A stretch of 64,000 bases of DNA from Narcine bancroftii. Taxonomy: Eukaryota. Location of the stretch: assembly GCF_036971445.1 (NCBI RefSeq), contig NC_091473.1, forward strand, positions 91,264,001-91,328,000. The letters run 5' to 3'. Position numbers and translations under genes: made by a program. The stretch's first letter is position 1, and every line of letters starts with the position of its first letter. Positions 1 to 13,377 of this stretch are shown here, in pieces. Below the pieces are notes generated by a model, which worked only from the letters and a program-made list of their open reading frames with translations, was not told the DNA's origin and ran no database searches.

Positions 1-165
1 GCCACGTCTTTCTCCACAATCCATATATGACAACATATACTGATGAAGTTAGTAAAAATAAATATGTGTTGATTTTGGGTCTGAGTTGCTCCCTCCGATC
101 TAAAATTACTGTTGTTGATTTGGAAAATTTAAAACACTAACCTATCTTTCTTATTTACCCTGCAG

Positions 166-483
166 CTGCTTTCACAATGATTGGAACCTCAAATCATCTA
201 ACAGACCGGTGTTCCCAGTTTGCTATTCCCTCACTCTGTCATTTTGCATTCCCATACTGTGATGATACGTCATCATTGCCCAAACCTCGAGACCTTTGCA
301 GAGATGAATGTGAAATCCTGGAAAATGACCTGTGCAAGACTGAGTATATCTTTGCTAGATCAAATCCTTTGATCCTAATGAGACTTAAGCTACCAAACTG
401 TGAAGATCTCCCCATGCCAGACAGCCCGGAGGCAGCCAACTGCATGCGTATTGGAATTCCAATGGCAGAGCCTATTAATAAGA
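166..483 (+). CDS. ROR1: ROR1 internal exon, C-terminal part of the Frizzled-like cysteine-rich domain
   Basis: Acceptor ...ccctgcag|165 and donor gtaagc at 484; 318 bp, phase 1/1; translates (A)[32 protein letters not shown]...[14 protein letters not shown], matching the vertebrate ROR1 CRD. Confidence 0.96.
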
Positions 484-1454
484 GTAAGCACATTTGTGAT
501 CCTCAACTAAAGGAGAACAGCTGCCTTTATAATAGTTCACTTTTCTTCCTCTTCAATATTTTTTGTTCATCTATTTGATGCCTAGGCTTGAATCAAGCTG
601 GATAAACATAACAGGTTCTCATTCAATAGCCAATCCTTAATAAGATCATGATCAGTTAACCATCAGGGCTATCATAAGGGTCACAACTGATATTTCTGAT
701 TCCGCTGCACACGCGGACATCAGATGCACGATCAACAATGGCATTTCAATCAGGGGCAGCAGTCTTGATTAACTGCTTCCTTTTCATCTCCACCTGAGGA
801 GGACTGAGACTACCACAGCCTGTGACCAACTGCTTAGGCAAGCAGAGATCTTCATATACATGTAGTTCCTGATGTGCATAGCTCGGTAAAACATAAAGTG
901 TTATCATCAGCTGAGTTACTGAGGAATTGGTTCTTGATCAAATAACTGCTGACTTGGATTCAAGCTGGAGTGAATCTTGGAGTTCCTTCAAACAAATAAA
1001 GCTGGAAAGAGAACTTATTGTGTTCTCTGTGGATGTAAATATGGGCACTGAGTAGTTGGAGGATTGCTTACATGATATATATAGATCTCAAGATTTTTCT
1101 CCTTCCCCAGCCCTTGTCCAAATGAAGTGGTTGATTTTAAGGACACTTTATTGCAGATTCATATGCAGTAATGAGTTCAATAAATTGTTTGATGGCAAAG
1201 GACCACAGGAAGTTTACATCCACATATTTACAATGGATGTATAGTTATCTAGGACTTGATGTACCTTCAGTTAACCTAGGGCAGTTCTGGTTTCACTAAG
1301 GACACCTACTTGGTCAAGTTGGGGTGAACGTTGGAAATTTGCTTGTTTGTGACTTGGAAACTGCTTTTGTATCTCAATAGTCTGGTGAGAAAACTTGCAT
1401 TGCATTCCTATTTAATTTTTTTTCTGAGGAACATGTGTGTTTTTCTCCCCACAG

Positions 1455-1700
1455 ATCACAAATGTTTTAATATCAGTGGTAATGATTACCGTGGTACCGT
1501 GAGTGTCACCAAATCAGGGAGGCAGTGCCAGCCATGGAACTCCCAGTATCCCCACAGTCATTCTTATAACGCTGCTAAATATCCTGAACTCAATGGTGGT
1601 CATTCTTATTGCCGGAACCCAGGAAATCACAAGGATGCTCCATGGTGCTTTACTCTGGATGAATCCATGAAATTGGAGTTGTGTGAAATTCCTCTGTGTG
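1455..1700 (+). CDS. ROR1: ROR1 kringle-domain exon
   Basis: Acceptor ttctccccacag|, donor gtaagg at 1701; 246 bp; (N)[27 protein letters not shown]...[16 protein letters not shown]...CEIPLC kringle signature; in frame with the previous exon. Confidence 0.96.
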
Positions 1701-1771
1701 GTAAGGACCAGGGAACTAGATATGGTGTAACTTAGACTACTTATGTGCGGATCTTGTCTGGGAATCTAAAG

Positions 1772-2046
1772 GAGCCATTCTCAACAGGGAACCTACACCA
1801 CCACCCCCCTCCCCCCTCCCCCCCCCCCACTCTCTCCTTGGGCCACAGCACATTTCAGTAAAAGCCTATGATTTCTTTTCACCTCATGTAACATAAATAT
1901 TTGTTTTTTTTTAATGTAGTCAGCGGGAGAGAACTATGGAAGAAGCCAAAACTTGACTGCTTCACAGGGAAAGAGGGGCCCATAAACTTTGAGCAGAGTC
2001 CTGGGGGAGGAGGGGGGCTTAGGCAAAGAAAGGTTGAGAATGGCTG
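1772..2046. mobile_element. hAT/Charlie-type MITE inserted into a CR1 fragment
   Basis: TIRs gagccattctcaac / gttgagaatggctg (13/14); flanks atctaaag / atcttgaa resemble a decayed 8-bp NTCTAGAN TSD; CR1-like sequence continues at about 2050-2260. Confidence 0.65.
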
Positions 2047-4028
2047 ATCTTGAACTGGGGAGCATAGTCTCAGGATAAGCGGTCACCTATGTAAAACTGA
2101 GATTTGTTGAAATATGTTAATTCAGAGAGCTGTGAGTGTAGGAATTCTCCACTTCAGAGAGTCCAGGAGTATTAAGTATAATTAAGGTGAAGGAGAGAAT
2201 AGTTTTTTTTTCGGAGAATGAAATGTTGGGAAGGCAGGCAGGAAAGCGAAGTTAGAGAGAGATGTGAACCCATTTCAGAACAAGATTTCAAAACGGCCAG
2301 AGCCAAGATAAATCAATTAAATGATCTGGAATAAAAAGCCGCGGGTGAGAAAGGTGTTCAACAGATTTGGCAGCTCTGAGAAAGCAGGCTAGAGTTCCAC
2401 ATAATGCACATAAGAGAATAATAATTGCCTGCACATTATCTAGGCTCTGGAGATATAATAGAACAACACTTGGAAGAATAATTATAATAGACACATTGAT
2501 GAAATGAAGACAAATAAAAGATTTGACAAAACAATGGGCAGAGAAATAAAATTGACCTGATGAGCTTTTTTTCTGAAAGTGAACCATTAAAGTTGCCATC
2601 ACTGTATAAGCAGGAACATTTGTACTTTAGCTTCCAGTGAACTGAAGTACGTTGTGTTTGACTGATTACTCCTGTTGGTTAAGCTTTTTCACTGATATAT
2701 CATCCCTGGCACAAATACAACAGATATCTCACTTCTGAATAAAATGATTTTGGTTTTAAAGTCAAACTTTTATACAAAAACAAATTGAATTTGGAATAGT
2801 ACCAAAGGAGTATGGGAATGTTGTAGGTGTTGTCAATGAGCTAAGATTAACTACATCTTGACTGTTCTTAAAGTGAATGTAAAGTATCTTAAAGAACTTA
2901 ATGAAGACCATCTCTTGATTTTTTTTGCCAATATTTATTCCCAAAATCATTATTACTAAAAACAGCCCAACCTCGTGTTCTGTTCTGGATGACTGGTCGT
3001 ATCTCGAAATGGGTGTATATCGGAAATGCCTTACCTGTGATACTGAAGAGTAAAATGATCGATATCCTTCCATTCTCTGTCTCCAAATCCTTCTCATTCT
3101 CTCTGTTGCTGCGGACCCCGAGCACCCTGCGGACTCTACTGGCCTCTAAAATCTGTCTGATGGTCAGAATATTGAGCAACAGAATCAATAAAAATGGGAC
3201 ACAAAGAGTTAAAATGTGGTGAAATATCTCAACATGGTGGCCACCAAGGCCAGCTCTCGCGAGAAATTGGCGAACACTGTCAACTTCTCGCGAGAGGTGT
3301 TATTTTCCATAGATGTGCCCGATTTTCACCCATAATCGCGCAAGTTTTATATTTTTTCATTTTTTAAAAAATTTGGTTAGGTGTGCAGACGGACGTAAGT
3401 CACGTAGGTCTCCATTTGGGGACTACCTGTATTGCCAAAAAGGTCCTGTATCAGCGTCACAAAGGATGACATCATTTTAGAATGCTGGCCCAAAAATTGG
3501 GTGTAATCATTCTGAGGAGCAACTTTTTTCTTCTTCAATCCTGACATGACCATCTTTCAAGAAACTAGTTGAGCTGCAGCATCATTTAGAGGAAGCCTTC
3601 TGTAGCATCTCCAAATCCAGTCTCAGCAGCTCACCTTCATTATTTTTAACTTAACTCTACTCCATGGGTCCCCACTCTCACACTGCCTCTAGCCTGAACA
3701 AGGTTTACTGCACTCGGCTCAAGATAGTCATTGTGGTACATTACAACTGTTCAACATCCTTTACAGAGCAGATGAATTGCTAGGCCATTGTGTTGGATTT
3801 GATTGTTGTTTATGAAACTTTGCTGTGCATGTGTTGGTCAGTTCATCTCCCTAAATTACAACAGTAATTATAATTCAAATACATTCCTCATTTCATTTGG
3901 CTGTGAAACACTGTATGAGATTACCTGACATAATAAAAAAAATTCTGCACAAATGAAAGTTTTTCTTGTATTTCAATGTGCTATTTTTGTGTTTTGATTT
4001 TAATGCATTAATTTTCGTTGCCAATCAG

Positions 4029-4231
4029 ATTCCAAAGAAAACAACAAGATGGAGATTCTTTATATCCTCGTCCCCAGTGTGGCAATTCCTCTGGCAATTG
4101 CTCTTTTGTTCTTCTTTATTTGCATTTGTCGTAATAATCAGAAGTCATCAACTCCTGTCATCCAACGACAACCAAAACCAGTGCGAGGCCAAAATGTTGA
4201 AATGTCCATGCTCAATGCATATAAGCCAAAG
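4029..4231 (+). CDS. ROR1: ROR1 transmembrane/juxtamembrane exon
   Basis: Acceptor aatcag|, donor gtaaga at 4232; 203 bp; (D)SKENNKMEILYILVPSVAIPLAIALLFFFICICRNNQKS...MLNAYKPK. Confidence 0.96.
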
Positions 4232-4590
4232 GTAAGAGAAGTTTATTTTTAGGTTTTCTTTTTTTCTCTATCTTTGCAGTTTACTTCCACCAACTTCATC
4301 AATTCCTGTCATTACTAAGAATCAGTACAAGTCCCTGTGGTATCCATTAAGAGGTTACTGTTGCAATTCATTAGACAACCCTGGTGGATTAGAACCATGT
4401 TTTAAGAAATTCACTTCCATTGAAGAGCCTCAGAAGTGTAACTATCCCCCACTTCATTGACCTTTAATGTACATTGTCCATCATGTTTTTAATCACTTTT
4501 GCACTCATGTATATTGTGAACTTGGGTTCATTTTATTTTGTGGAAAATAGTGGTAAGTGGGAGGTTTGCCAAAGATACAAGATTATGAGA

Positions 4591-4602
4591 CCACTAGGGG
4601 GC
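4591..4602 (+). promoter_or_regulatory. Candidate CTCF core motif in the last ROR1 intron
   Basis: CCACTAGGGGGC matches the CTCF core consensus CCASYAGRKGGC; motif match only. Confidence 0.4.
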
Positions 4603-5334
4603 AATATCTGCACTAATGTGTTGAAAATGTTGAATTAAAAACCCATCAAGTGCTCCTTGTGTTCTTATGCAATGTTTAATCAACATTTGATTAAGTTCAG
4701 ATAAGTTCTTTGTTGCAGGTGGCTTGATTAACCGTTATTGATGGTTTGCTGTATATTGAACTAATGGGATTAATATTTTGACAGAAGAATGTTGCGTTAT
4801 TCTGCAAGGATCCTTGTTTAAACTGTCGATTGTGCCCCAGTAGGAAAATTTCATATGATGTAATGAGTATCATGAAACTTACTACATAAGTGGATAAAAC
4901 AAATAAGTTTTACAGGAGATTTTAAAAGGAGATATCAGACTCTATTTCCAGCTGGAAAGGTACTGAGAAAGGGCAGTGCTTTTCCTTGCATTGCCTATTG
5001 TATTAGCTATAAATTTAACTAGTCTGGGGATTGAACCATGCTCTGACAAGATCTACCATTGTGTTAAATTTGCATTGGGGCAGAAAAGCCTCAAATGCAA
5101 TGATGTAAAGTCAGATTATTTTAATATTTGCACCACAGTGCATGGCATCCTGGAACCATCACATGGCTTGGGGACTGGAGTGCTGGATACCTGCAATAGG
5201 TAAAATCCTGCTATATAATATACAACCAGTCAAAATTATTTCCTTCTTTCAACTAAAGTGCTCTTTGAGGTATTTGAAGATATTGGGGATACTCTAAAAT
5301 AAGCAGAAGGAAAGTGGATCTATACTTTTAATTC

Positions 5335-5808
5335 CCTGCCTCATTCCCTTGCCGACATGTCTGTCCATGGTCTCATGGCCTGTCAGACTGAGACCACCCA
5401 CAAACTGGAGGAACAACACCTTATATTCCCACTAAATGAATGGAATTAATATCCACCTCCACTTTCCATTAGTCACCCCCCCCACCTCTCATTTTCCCTC
5501 TGACGTTTCCTTTAGCTCTGTCTCTCTTTCCCTCTGTCTCCTTTTCCCATTGCTGTTTTCACAGAACCAAAAACACACCCCTCCCCCAGTCAATTCTCAC
5601 TTTTTCTCTCTCATCTTCTATCCATATCCAATTAACACCTTTGGTTTGTTGGTCTGTTCTCCTCCCCTTTCCCTTTCTTCCCTTCTCCCCAGCCTTCTAA
5701 TTCAGGCACCAACCTGCTTTGTACTTATACCTTAAAGAAGGGCTCAGGCCCAAAATGTCAGTTATATATCTTTACCTCCTCTGGATGCTAAGTTGCTCCA
5801 GTATTTCT
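5335..5808 (+). mobile_element. Penelope-like element 3' fragment (end of GIY-YIG domain and pLTR)
   Basis: gagaccacccacaaactggaggaacaacaccttatattc encodes ETTHKLEEQHLIF, typical of the Penelope endonuclease C-terminus; followed by the gaagggctcaggcccaaaatgtc motif shared with other copies in this window. Confidence 0.65.
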
Positions 5809-5809
5809 G

Positions 5810-6628
5810 TAACATAACATAACATAACAATTTACAGCACGGAAACAAGCCATTAGGCCCTTCTAGTCCGCACCGAACCAAACACCCCTCTCTAGTCCCA
5901 CCTCCCTGCACAATGCCCATAACCCTCCATCTTCTTCTCATCCATATATCTGTCCAACCTTTTCTTAAATAATACAATTGACTCCGCCGCCACTATTTCT
6001 CCCGGAAGCTCATTCCACACGTCTACCACTCTCTGAGTAAAGTTCCCCCTCATGTTACCTCTAAAACTCTGCCCCTTAATTCTTAACTCATGTCCTCTTG
6101 TTTTAATCTTTCCTCCTCTTAACGGAAATAGTCTATCCACATCCACTCTGTCTATCCCTTTCATAATCTTAAATACTTCTATCAAATCCCCTCTCAACCT
6201 TCTACGCTCCAAAGAATAAAGACCTAATCTGTCCAATCTCTCCCTATACTCTAGATGCTTAAACCCAGGTAACATTCTGGTAAACCTTCTCTGCACTCTC
6301 TCCACTCTGTTTATATCCTTCCTATAATTAGGCGACCAGAACTGCACACAGAACTCCAAATTAGGCCGCACCAACGTCTTATACAGTCTCAACATCACCT
6401 CCCAACTCCTATACTCCATACAATGATTGATAAAGGCCAGCATACTAAAAGCCTTCTTCACCACCCTATTCACGTGAGTTTCTACCTTCAGGGAACGATG
6501 TACCGTTACTCCTAAATCTTTCTGCTCTTCTGTATTCATCAATGTTCTCCCATTTACCACATATGTCCTGTTCTGATTCTTCTTACCAAAATGAAGCACC
6601 TCACACTTATCAGCATTAAATTCCATCT
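5810..6628 (-). mobile_element. CR1 LINE, 5'-truncated 3' end with intact ORF2 tail and (TGTTA)n tail
   Basis: ORF 5892-6626 MEFNADKCEVLHFG...LVRPNLEFCVQFWSP...LERRRLRGDLIEVFKI is the CR1 ORF2 C-terminus; taacataacataacataaca tail at 5810-5829. Confidence 0.92.
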
Positions 6629-7192
6629 GAGGTATATTGACTATATTTTCAAGTGATTTGTGGGCTTTTCCAAAAATATGTCACCATACCTTTGCCTGGT
6701 GCTTCATTCAGAATTTAAGGCGGCTCCTTAATTTCTGAAATATTTGGAACCTTTTGCTGTCCCTCGTGCACGGTATGCCAAGGTTGCCTGATGGTCATCG
6801 TTTGGGATGTTGAACATCTCTGAGATGTGGTAAATATGAGCCCATTCAACTTTTCATGCTAAATTATCTAAAGTCAATCCTTATTAAAATGCATCAACAT
6901 TTAAACCAATATGAAATAGAGGGCCAAGAATGAAACAGAAAACCTTGGCATTTACAAGACAGTCAATAGATCATCCATTATATAACTTAGAATCTTAAAA
7001 TATGTGTGATTAAGGACTTGCAATGAATGGATCAATATCACTTAGTTTCCTTAATGATACATAATTGAAAAAGAATGGATTGGTTCAGGTGTAAAATTGA
7101 TATTTTGATTACTGAAGGCATTCCCCTTCCAGGCAGTTCACCAGTGCTTTTCTGAGCCACTCTGCAGTGGGGTTTTTTTTCATCTTTGGCAC

Positions 7193-7570
7193 CATAGAAA
7201 ACTACAACACTGAAACAAGCTCTTCATCCCACCTCATCCTATACAAACTATTTTTCCACCTGGTCCCATCAACCGGCACCCGAATCAGTGCTCTCTGTAC
7301 CTCTCCTATCCAGGTTCCTTCCAAATATCTCTTAAGTGTTGAAATTGAACCGGCATCCATCACTTACGCTAGCAGTTCATTCTACACTCCCACCACCCTC
7401 TGAGTCAAGAAATTCCCCCTCATGTTCCCTTAAAGATTTCATCTTTCACTCTAAATCCATGTCCTCTAGTTCTTGTCTCACCCAAACTCAGTGGAAAAGC
7501 CTGCTTGCGTTTACCCTGTTGAAACCCCACATAATTTTGTATATCAAATCTCCCCTCATCTTCCTATCCC
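7193..7570 (-). mobile_element. Decayed CR1 3' fragment
   Basis: Resembles the 3' end of the 5810-6628 copy (ccaccaccctctgagt...ttccccctcatgtt...atcaaatctcccctca). Confidence 0.6.
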
Positions 7571-9346
7571 TGCAACACACCTCCAGTCGAAGAGACAATC
7601 ATCTCTTCCCACTTTTCCTGAAATGGCTTACTTATATTGGGATATGGATTCACAGCCACTGCCAGCTTTCTAGTGCCTCACCCCAGTGAACTTTCTTCAT
7701 GCCTGAACTCGATGCCAATGGCGGTGAGCAGTTTGAATGAGGGCCGTGCACAATCCATTTGCCATTGCCATCAACAAACTTTGACTCAGTAATATCCCGA
7801 GAGTGATTGAGATGGAACGAAGTCTGCTAAGTTCAATTTTATCCCGCACAGTTGTTCTTCAGTTGCAAATGATTGGTTCCTAGCTAGACAGCCAGCTGTT
7901 CACTGGGCCAACTCCATTTGGTAACCCACAGTGGAAAGGCTGCTCGCACAACAAAACAGCCACCATAATTGTATGGGGTCCTCATTTTACATTGTTTGAT
8001 CAGATTTATGGCTGAGAATTCTTTGAATGATTTGTACAGAATTCTTGGTTATCCACCAGCTCATTTGCCTCAGCCAACAAACTTCTCTGAAGGGTAGTCG
8101 ATACCTGCTTCACCCAGTGTCCGATATGCCCTCTACATCATCAGGAATGTTCAATGCTGGCACTGAAAAAGAGAAGGAATCCCATTTTCAAACTGCAGAT
8201 TTCTCATGCCTCGGTGTCCAAATACTTTTAAAGAAGAAATCAGTTCTCATAAAGTCATAAAATACCAATATTAACTGGTCAGTGCAAAATTATGGGATCA
8301 AAAATCCCATATGTGACTTTCTGATGAAACTCATCTGTAAAAAATGTATTCCTCTGATATTATGGGCATTGTTTCACAGAATACTATAAAGAATTTAGCC
8401 AATAATGCAATTAGTTTGAAATGCAAACAAGATGTAGGAAGTGTCTATTCCTATGTTCTCTATGTGTGGCCTAGGCTTATAGTGCCCTGTTCTGTCTTGC
8501 TTGAGTTGAGAATTATTCTCACTGTTTCATCACTTACTCATTTACAAACAATTTAATGTCAGATTAGAATTACTGTGACATATTTCTAAAGTAAAATCAT
8601 CAGTAAGAAATCTGAAATAAATGTTTAAAAGATTAACTTGCTCTTCGTGGTGAAGTAGGAATGCTTCAACGGTTCAACATTGTCCTAAATGGACTGAGAT
8701 TTCAGATCAACGCTTGTACTATTGTGTCTGCAACATAAATCACTTAAGTTCTCCTTGAGTAAATTAACCTGTCATCTTTTACTTTTACACATTTTACCAT
8801 GCCTTTACTTAATTGAAAAGGAGGCACAATAATAATTCAGAGCAGAAGCTGTTTTAAGCGCGAGGGAAGAGAGTTTTCCTTATCAGATACTGTGCTTGAA
8901 ATTTGAGCATTTGAACCTATAGATTTGTAACCATTAAATTTCACTTCCAAAATTTAGGCCCATCAAACCCAAGTAGCCGCAACTATATTTTCATCCATTT
9001 CATTTCTGAGGATGATTTTTTTTGTTTGTTTTTCTTCCCTCACTTTCCTTGGATCTTACATGTTGCTGACCATTCTATGACTGATAGGGGTGAGGTCACC
9101 TCTATCTTTCCCCATAGAAAATGTAGTCTCCTTCATAATTTTCCATTTGGCTCTCAGTAAAAATGTTGTTGGGAACTTTATGGAAATTGTTGATGCAAAA
9201 CAATAGCGAAAAATCCATCAGCTCTAAAGATGTGATAGAGAACAGAGCCTTTTTCTTACACTTGGGATCATTTAATGTAAAAGCTCTGATAGAATATGGT
9301 TGCATTTCATTCTTCCCATATACCCTCATAAAATAAAGAATGTTAC

Positions 9347-9440
9347 TGTTGTGAGATGGTAGGTCTCAAAGGCAAGGACTCTGAACACAGTTTTGATGTA
9401 GGGAAGGATTTTATTTACAGAAGGCAACTGATGCAGAGCA

Positions 9441-9484
<44 letters not shown>

Positions 9485-9992
9485 ACAGACACAGACACAC
9501 ACACACACACACACACACAATGACTGGTACATACAATGATCAGGGAAAAATCACTATGATGCCCCGTCACCCCTCGACTCAGTGCAGCTACAAGGGACAC
9601 TAATTAAACACTCCCAACCTTTTTAACAGTGCACATCTTACTAACAGTTTCTCCAGCACCCTTCCACATTTCTAGGCTTGGAGTGAAGCAGGGTGGTCCC
9701 AAGCTGGCAAATAGGGAGAACAAAGAGCACATGGCACCTTTATAGTGCTGGAGGGGACAAGCCCACATCATTTACTGGAGGCCAATAGCTCAGTGGCAGG
9801 AGGGTTAATCTAATTACAACAGCCAATGGCCCAAGGCCAAGAACAGGCAGTCCAAGTAATTTACATGTGGCCAACAGCAAGATGAGCACTAATGGGTGGG
9901 GTAGAACCAAACCTTGATTGGCAGCTAGTGTGTCCTCCGACTAGGTAGGGGGGCAATGCTGTCACATGACAGCCACAACCCTTCCCAATACA
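9347..9992 (-). mobile_element. Solo LTR (646 bp) with 5-bp TSD GTTAC
   Basis: Begins TGT and ends ACA; GTTAC at 9342-9346 and 9993-9997; minus-strand TATA-like ctataaag (9738-9745) upstream of AATAAA (9410-9415). Confidence 0.75.
9442..9519. repeat. Interrupted (CA)n microsatellite inside the solo LTR
   Basis: Directly visible CA run with a few GA interruptions. Confidence 0.97.
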
Positions 9993-12900
9993 GTTACAAA
10001 AGAGAAAAAGGGGAGTTGGCTCTTCAAACCAGCATAATGATTATCTTCACAGATTACCCTGGTTTATCCTGCTCCTTACTTATTCTATAGCTGACCTGTG
10101 TTAGTTAAAACAGTGAGTAGAAACATGCAGTTCCTCAGAAGAAAGCACCATGGCCATAGCAATAATCAAATTATGATGAACAGTCACAAATGTTCTACAT
10201 TATGTTATACATGCCTTTTATGAGAGAACATTCCCCAGGACGCTGCTCTTAAATGGATGAATGCTGGAAAATGTTTTGTTTCTTCCCTTTTCTCCCATGA
10301 GAAAATCAAACATCCCAACCTTCAGTCCAAGAATATTGCATGATTTCAATTAACATGCAATCATTAAGAAATATTAACTTGATTTGCTGCAATGCTTTTA
10401 TTTGGATATCTGGTGATTTATTATGCTTTTTTATGACAGGTTTGAAGGCAGTATACTGGGTTCGGGAGTTTAAAGGATCCCTTATGGTGACTGTGTGGGA
10501 ATGAATAGGATTGGCAAGAGATCATCACTAAACTCAGGATACTTTAGCAACCCAGTTCAAATTTCTAATGTCAAAAACATGCCATCTTCCACAGAGTGTT
10601 TCTAATATGTTTTCATCAGTCAGTACTTAAGATGAAATATCTTTCTTCTTTCAGTTTCCTTTATTTCCACTTAAACTGACAATATATACAAGCCGTGTAT
10701 TCAATTTGACATCTCAATTGTTGATTTGATTCACCTAATTGGAGTCTAATATAGCTAAAAAGGTCTTTCCTTCTATTCACCAACTTCATCAGCTATCCAT
10801 TGTTAAACCTCTTAAAACAAATGCCAGAATTTCAAATTTATTGTCAGGAAAAATCAAATTTGCTGTTGAAAATAAACCATCTGCTTTCTACCTCACTATG
10901 ACAATGCACATCTGTCTCTCATAAGTTTGGGAATTGTCTTCTGAAATCAACATTTTTCATTGTGGCTCTTAACCCTCAGAGAGAAAGATTAACCCACTTT
11001 TCTCTTCCAATTCTAATGTTAATAAGTTTAGCAAAGAGCTACCATACAACATCAAGTTATATCCCTGCTAAAATATCAGTTTCCTGCCATGTGTACTCTT
11101 AAGAGGCCTTTCGTTCTACAACAGATTTATTATTGTCCATTGTATATTTGCGTTAGAATTTAACTAAGTCTTCAATCAATTTTACTTTCTGGCCACTTTT
11201 GCTTTGAAATTTGCACGTGTATAATCCATCTTTTGCCTTCTAACTGATTTGATACTCCTCTCAGTGTTATTGGAGCAGATGTTAATTGTCCATGCTAAAT
11301 ATAATTTCAGGGGTCTGACTTCGTGACCGTAGCTTAAATGGGTTTTGGCATGGCCACTCCTTCGATTGTCATGCTGTCTACATTATGTGTCATGGAGGTC
11401 CCTTTGGGGTCTTTGATGAATTATGCCAATGATCTCTCTGAAATGCTACAAGAGTATTGCCACATGACCTCCTGCCAAAATTTCATTCTGTTTATTGTTT
11501 ATCGAATTGTGTTCAAAGCATTCTGAGGGGGCTGCCGATGGCTCTCTGTCACTTTGTCTTGTTATTGCTCAGGATTTCCTCACTGCAGTATTCTCTTCCC
11601 CTTTGCTCCTTCTACATACTCACTGCACTCACAGTCCATTCCTTGTAATTTTACAACACAGTTTTCAATGTGCTTTCGTGTAACATGCTATTGGCTCTCT
11701 AAATCTTCAGACATCTCTCATAATAGTATCTGACTCATTGCCTCTTGATCTCCTCTATTCCCTAAAGCGAGACAATGAAAGGCTTGTTCCTTTCTGGGGT
11801 TTTTTCTCACCAGTCTAACCAGCAGCTGTCACCTCCTCATTCAAAAAGATCCACACACTTCATCCATCAATATTACTGGATTCACTTGCTCTGAGTTCAA
11901 ATAGAATTCCCAATTCCTCTGTTGCCAAAGCTGTCTTCAGGAAGTCTGGTTTCATTTTTTTCACTTTGGACCCTTCTTTTTGTTTCAAGACTGTATCTCT
12001 TGACTATTACAAAGTTCAGGCATGTCCCAGGAACTGTATACTGTTTCTACATCTCAGATTATTAGAGCACCTGCCTCATACTTACATTTAAGAAAATGCT
12101 GTCTTTTGAATGACAGAACCTCTTACAAAAATCTTTAATTTCCCTCTCCCTCCATTGCAAAACTGCCTTTATCATTCATTTGTCCAATTAGTGCTTTTAC
12201 GAACTTCTTGCTTTTCTCTTATTATTTGTAACAATGCTGTGCTATATTTCTTTGGTGTTCCCTTGCACATCATTACTTTCCAAATCCCACACTCAAAGCT
12301 TTACCTCCCTCAATCCTCCCTATCTCCAATGATATTCACATTTTCAAAAACAGAATTCATATAGCCTAATATTGATTCACCATTTTTTCTTCATTCTTTT
12401 CAACTTTCTTGGCCTTTTTACATATTTTAAACTTGCATTTCTGTTTCACAATTAAAAATAAATCAATTATAGTGCTTACTGAGACTAGTTGGAGTTCACC
12501 CAGCTGTGATTTGTTACTGAGACTGAACAAGATCTTCTTTAATCAGTGAGATGAAGTACTACTCTGTGCACTATTCTTTCTTTGATGACTGTTACTTATT
12601 GGGCCTTAATTTGAGAACACAGGTTGGATTTAGACAGATTCACAGATAGGAAAAGTCTAGAGTGGTAATGTGCCAAATGCAGGCAAGTTAGACCAACTCA
12701 CAAAGGTACCTTGGTTGGCATGCACAAGCTGCACAGAAGGGCCCATTTCCTTGCTGTATAATTTCGTGACTCCGATCTATTCAGAAATACTCCTGAGTTC
12801 TTTGTCAAAGATTATAATAGAAGAGCAAGACATAATGAGATAGCTAATTCCATTCTTCCAGATCCCTCCCTATCATCAGTACTTGAGGAAGAGATGCAGA

Positions 12901-13160
12901 AAGTGCTTTATTGAATTTATTTTGTGTCCCTGCTGCATTGTAACTGAGAGTTTGGAAAGGCTGAGATATCCACATCTTACCTGCGTGGCACACAGCCAGG
13001 TGTCTGATTACGATGGCTTTCCTTTTGAAACAGTTGCATTCAAAGACTGATGCAACAAGAATTAAACATTTTGTAAAATGTGACAACTGCAAAACAAATC
13101 TTTTTCATTCTTGGTCTGCCAGTAATGATCTAACACATTGCCCTCATTCTCAATTGTATT

Positions 13161-13377
13161 GGGGCAGCACAGTTAGCACAACACTATTACAGTGCCGGCG
13201 ACCTGGGCTCGAATCCTGCGCTCTCTGTAAGGATTTTATATGTTCCTCCAAGTACTCCGGTTTCCTCCCACCCTTCAAAACATATGGGGTTTGTAGGTTA
13301 ATTGGGGTTTTTGGGCGGCAAGGGCCCGTGGGCTAGAAAGGCCTGTTGCCGTGCTGTATGTCTAAATTAAAATTAAA
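13161..13377 (+). mobile_element. tRNA-derived SINE (HE1/V-SINE-like)
   Basis: tRNA-like head with B-box-like gggctcgaatcc, central tccggtttcctccca, CR1-like tail gggctagaaaggcctgttgccgtgctgtatg and A-rich end. Confidence 0.75.

Noticed and set aside
484-578. Read-through tails of the ROR1 exon ORFs (also 1331-1454, 1701-1735, 4232-4252) as secreted or truncated isoforms
   Set aside because: They lie beyond canonical splice sites, lack homology, and there is no transcript evidence.
9326-9600. Cys/Val-rich ORFs
   Set aside because: Translations of the (CA)n microsatellite.
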